Assembly: GCF_001194135.2 (NCBI RefSeq)
Contig: NC_068988.1
Span: 3,433,245 to 3,497,244 of the forward strand
Length of the DNA: 64,000 nt
Reading direction: 5' to 3'
Source: Octopus bimaculoides
Taxonomy: Eukaryota
The position numbers were made by a program, and so were the translations under genes. The first letter of the stretch is position 1. Each line of letters begins with the position of its first letter. Of the stretch, positions 61,561-64,000 are shown piece by piece. Under the pieces are notes generated by a model. It saw only the letters and a program-made list of their open reading frames with translations. It was not told the origin of the DNA and made no database searches.

Positions 61561-64000
61561 TTTAGCTACCAATTCTGTACAAGACATTGTAGATCTTTAG
61601 CTGGGCTAAAAATTCACATTCGATCACAGCACCATTAATAGTTAAGCCCCGTGCAATGGCCATACTAGATAACGAGGGGTCAGCCAACGCATGTATGTAT
61701 GTATGCATGTAAGTTTGTATATATGTATGTATGTGTGCATGTATGTGTGTATGTTTGCATGTATGTGTGTATGTGCGCACGCACACACACACACACACAC
61801 ACACAATATACACATGTATGTGCTGCATCTATGTAATGTACGAGTGTGAATATTTAGTCTTGTAATTGCCTGAACAAAACGGTGAGATCATGTTTATAGT
61901 CCTTGTTAAGAATATGTTCTCTCACTTTCAAAGACCAGTGTAACAAATACATTTCTTATGTGGAAAGTAAGGTTTGGCACCATGAAGGGAATCTGGCTGC
62001 AAAATGCTTAACATTAAAAAGTGTAAATAAAAGAGAGCAGGGATGCTGGAAGGTGATATAAAATTCAGGTCAGTTTTAAGTTAATAATTCTCTGTTTTGG
62101 TATATGCTGCTCATAACATGTTTTTTAAACCAAATTAAAGTGAATGAATACTAACAGCAACAGAACATATTTTGAAGAAAATATTTTAAGTGACATGAAC
62201 GCAAATCATAAATATGACTTGTAATAAATTGTTTTTAATGGACTTTTAATGTCAAGTTGTGCAGTAAACCTATATTACCATCATTAACTGGCATTGAATG
62301 CTTTCTAAAGGTAAAAGAAAATATAAACATTGCATGAAATGACTAGTCATAAAATTCAAGAATGTGTCGCTTCTTATAATGTGTGGCAAACTGAAGGAAA
62401 GCAGAGAGAGGATGGGGGAGATAAGGGTGGAGGATAGGAATAATATTAGACAGCACAAATAAATATGAACTATTTGTAAATTACAAAATAGGATTGACTA
62501 TTTTTGATGTATTTAATTTTTATTGAACATTAAAAAAAAATTTAAGAATGAAAATACATAATTGTATGACAGAAAAATCTAAAGAATTTTCACCAAAAAA
62601 AAAAAAACGAAAGTCAAAAATGGTTTGCTAAGAACAAGGAATTCTAATGCTGAGACATAAGTATTGTAATCTTTTGTAACATTTTCAGAAATTGAATTTC
62701 TGATGGATATTCTTTTTGAAGCTTTTGTAATATTGGTTAGTTACCAAGTCAAGTTAACTCTAAAAGAGGAAATTATTTGCAACATAAATTTCAGAAGAAA
62801 CCATTTTATATTCTGTTATTTTTATAATTACATGGTTTTAATTTTTTTTCTGTTTTTTCTTTTTAATGATTGAGTCAGAGAACGAAAGAAGCAATCAAGG
62901 TTGTTTTAGAGTCATGAAGACTAGGAATTTAACCTCTAACCAGGCATCTTTTCTGAATCCCTACAAAGGACTGAACTCTATCAAAGATTCTCAAGGGCAG
63001 GTGGTGGTAGTAGTGGTGTTAAAGTGCCCCATAGATTAAGTCTTCTATCAAAGTAGTCTATGGTGAGATTCGAACACAGAATGCAAAGAACCAGAACAGA
63101 TACTGCAAGATGTATTTTCCACTGTTTTTATGGTTCTGCTAATCTGTTCTCTTGGATTGGTACATTTTTATCCGACCCAAAACGATGACCGATAAAGCTG
63201 ACCTTGGTGGAATTTGAAGTCAAACCACAGAAAGTAACCATGTACGGACTCCATCTTTGATAAACTGCTCTTCTACAAGACTGTAAAAGATATACACTAC
63301 CATCGCATGCTTTCTTAGATTTCTGTTATTAAACATACTGAAGGGGATCAACAAATTTGTACATTAGACATGAAAACATTGTCTTAGAAAAATTCTAAAT
63401 TGATCCTTAATGGAATTAAAGAAAATATCTGTTTATCTGAGCCCTAATACCCTTTCAAAGTTGTTAAAACATTGTTGAGTTTGAAATTGAGATAACAATG
63501 GTGTTATTTTAAATAAAAAATATTTATTTACAGTAAAAGTTTGAAAACTCAGATGTTTTAAGATGTTTATCAAGTTTATCTAAAGTCAGTAAACTCAATA
63601 AAAAGATAAAGTTCTCAGAGTAGAATATCGTAATTTGTAGTCAGAAACAAGAGAAATGTTATAATTCAGACATCCAAGACATGATGAAAGACCCTGAATG
63701 GTAATGTTAAATCTTTCTTCTTCATCCCTATTCACCAGTTTCTCATCCATACAAATTTACCTATTGCCAGTTCTATTCACTTCCCTATGGTGGTGATTGT
63801 GGTGGTGGTGGTGATGGTGGTACATCAGTAGGACCAGAAAAGCTATAGTTTCAACAAACTAAAGAACTTAGAAAAAACATCCCATAGAACCATAGTATCA
63901 ACAGAGATTATTTCTTTTAAAAAAACACATCTCAATTATTGTAATTGTTTTTTTCTAAAATAACCAAGGGTTTGTAACTAAACAGTTAATTATCTTTAAA

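Overview
AT-rich eukaryotic scaffold segment, dense in microsatellites, with 7 N-gaps. The SINE families and (TA)n/(GAT)n landscape look like an Octopus (coleoid cephalopod) genome; this is recognition and inference, not a database result. No intact protein-coding gene is recognisable. Nearly all ORFs in the track are microsatellite or gap artefacts, or decayed transposon reading frames. The window is a transposon graveyard: several tRNA-derived SINE families, many RTE LINE 3' ends, Penelope-like element (PLE) RT and GIY-YIG relics, two R4/Dong-type (RLE) LINE relics, CR1-like and Gypsy RT fragments, an internally deleted mariner, and MITE/fold-back elements. Most notable is a tRNA-headed SINE-like element carrying a minimal type I hammerhead ribozyme. 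It has intact cores at 39160-39205 (-) and 39511-39556 (+) and a mutated core at 13174-13219 (-). At both loci it is inserted as a head-to-head inverted composite flanked by 9-10 bp direct repeats, which resembles PLE insertions. Three further, sequence-unrelated hammerhead-like motifs with palindromic stem III occur at about 1.0, 19.8 and 27.9 kb. A few splice-signal-bounded candidate exons are reported at low confidence.
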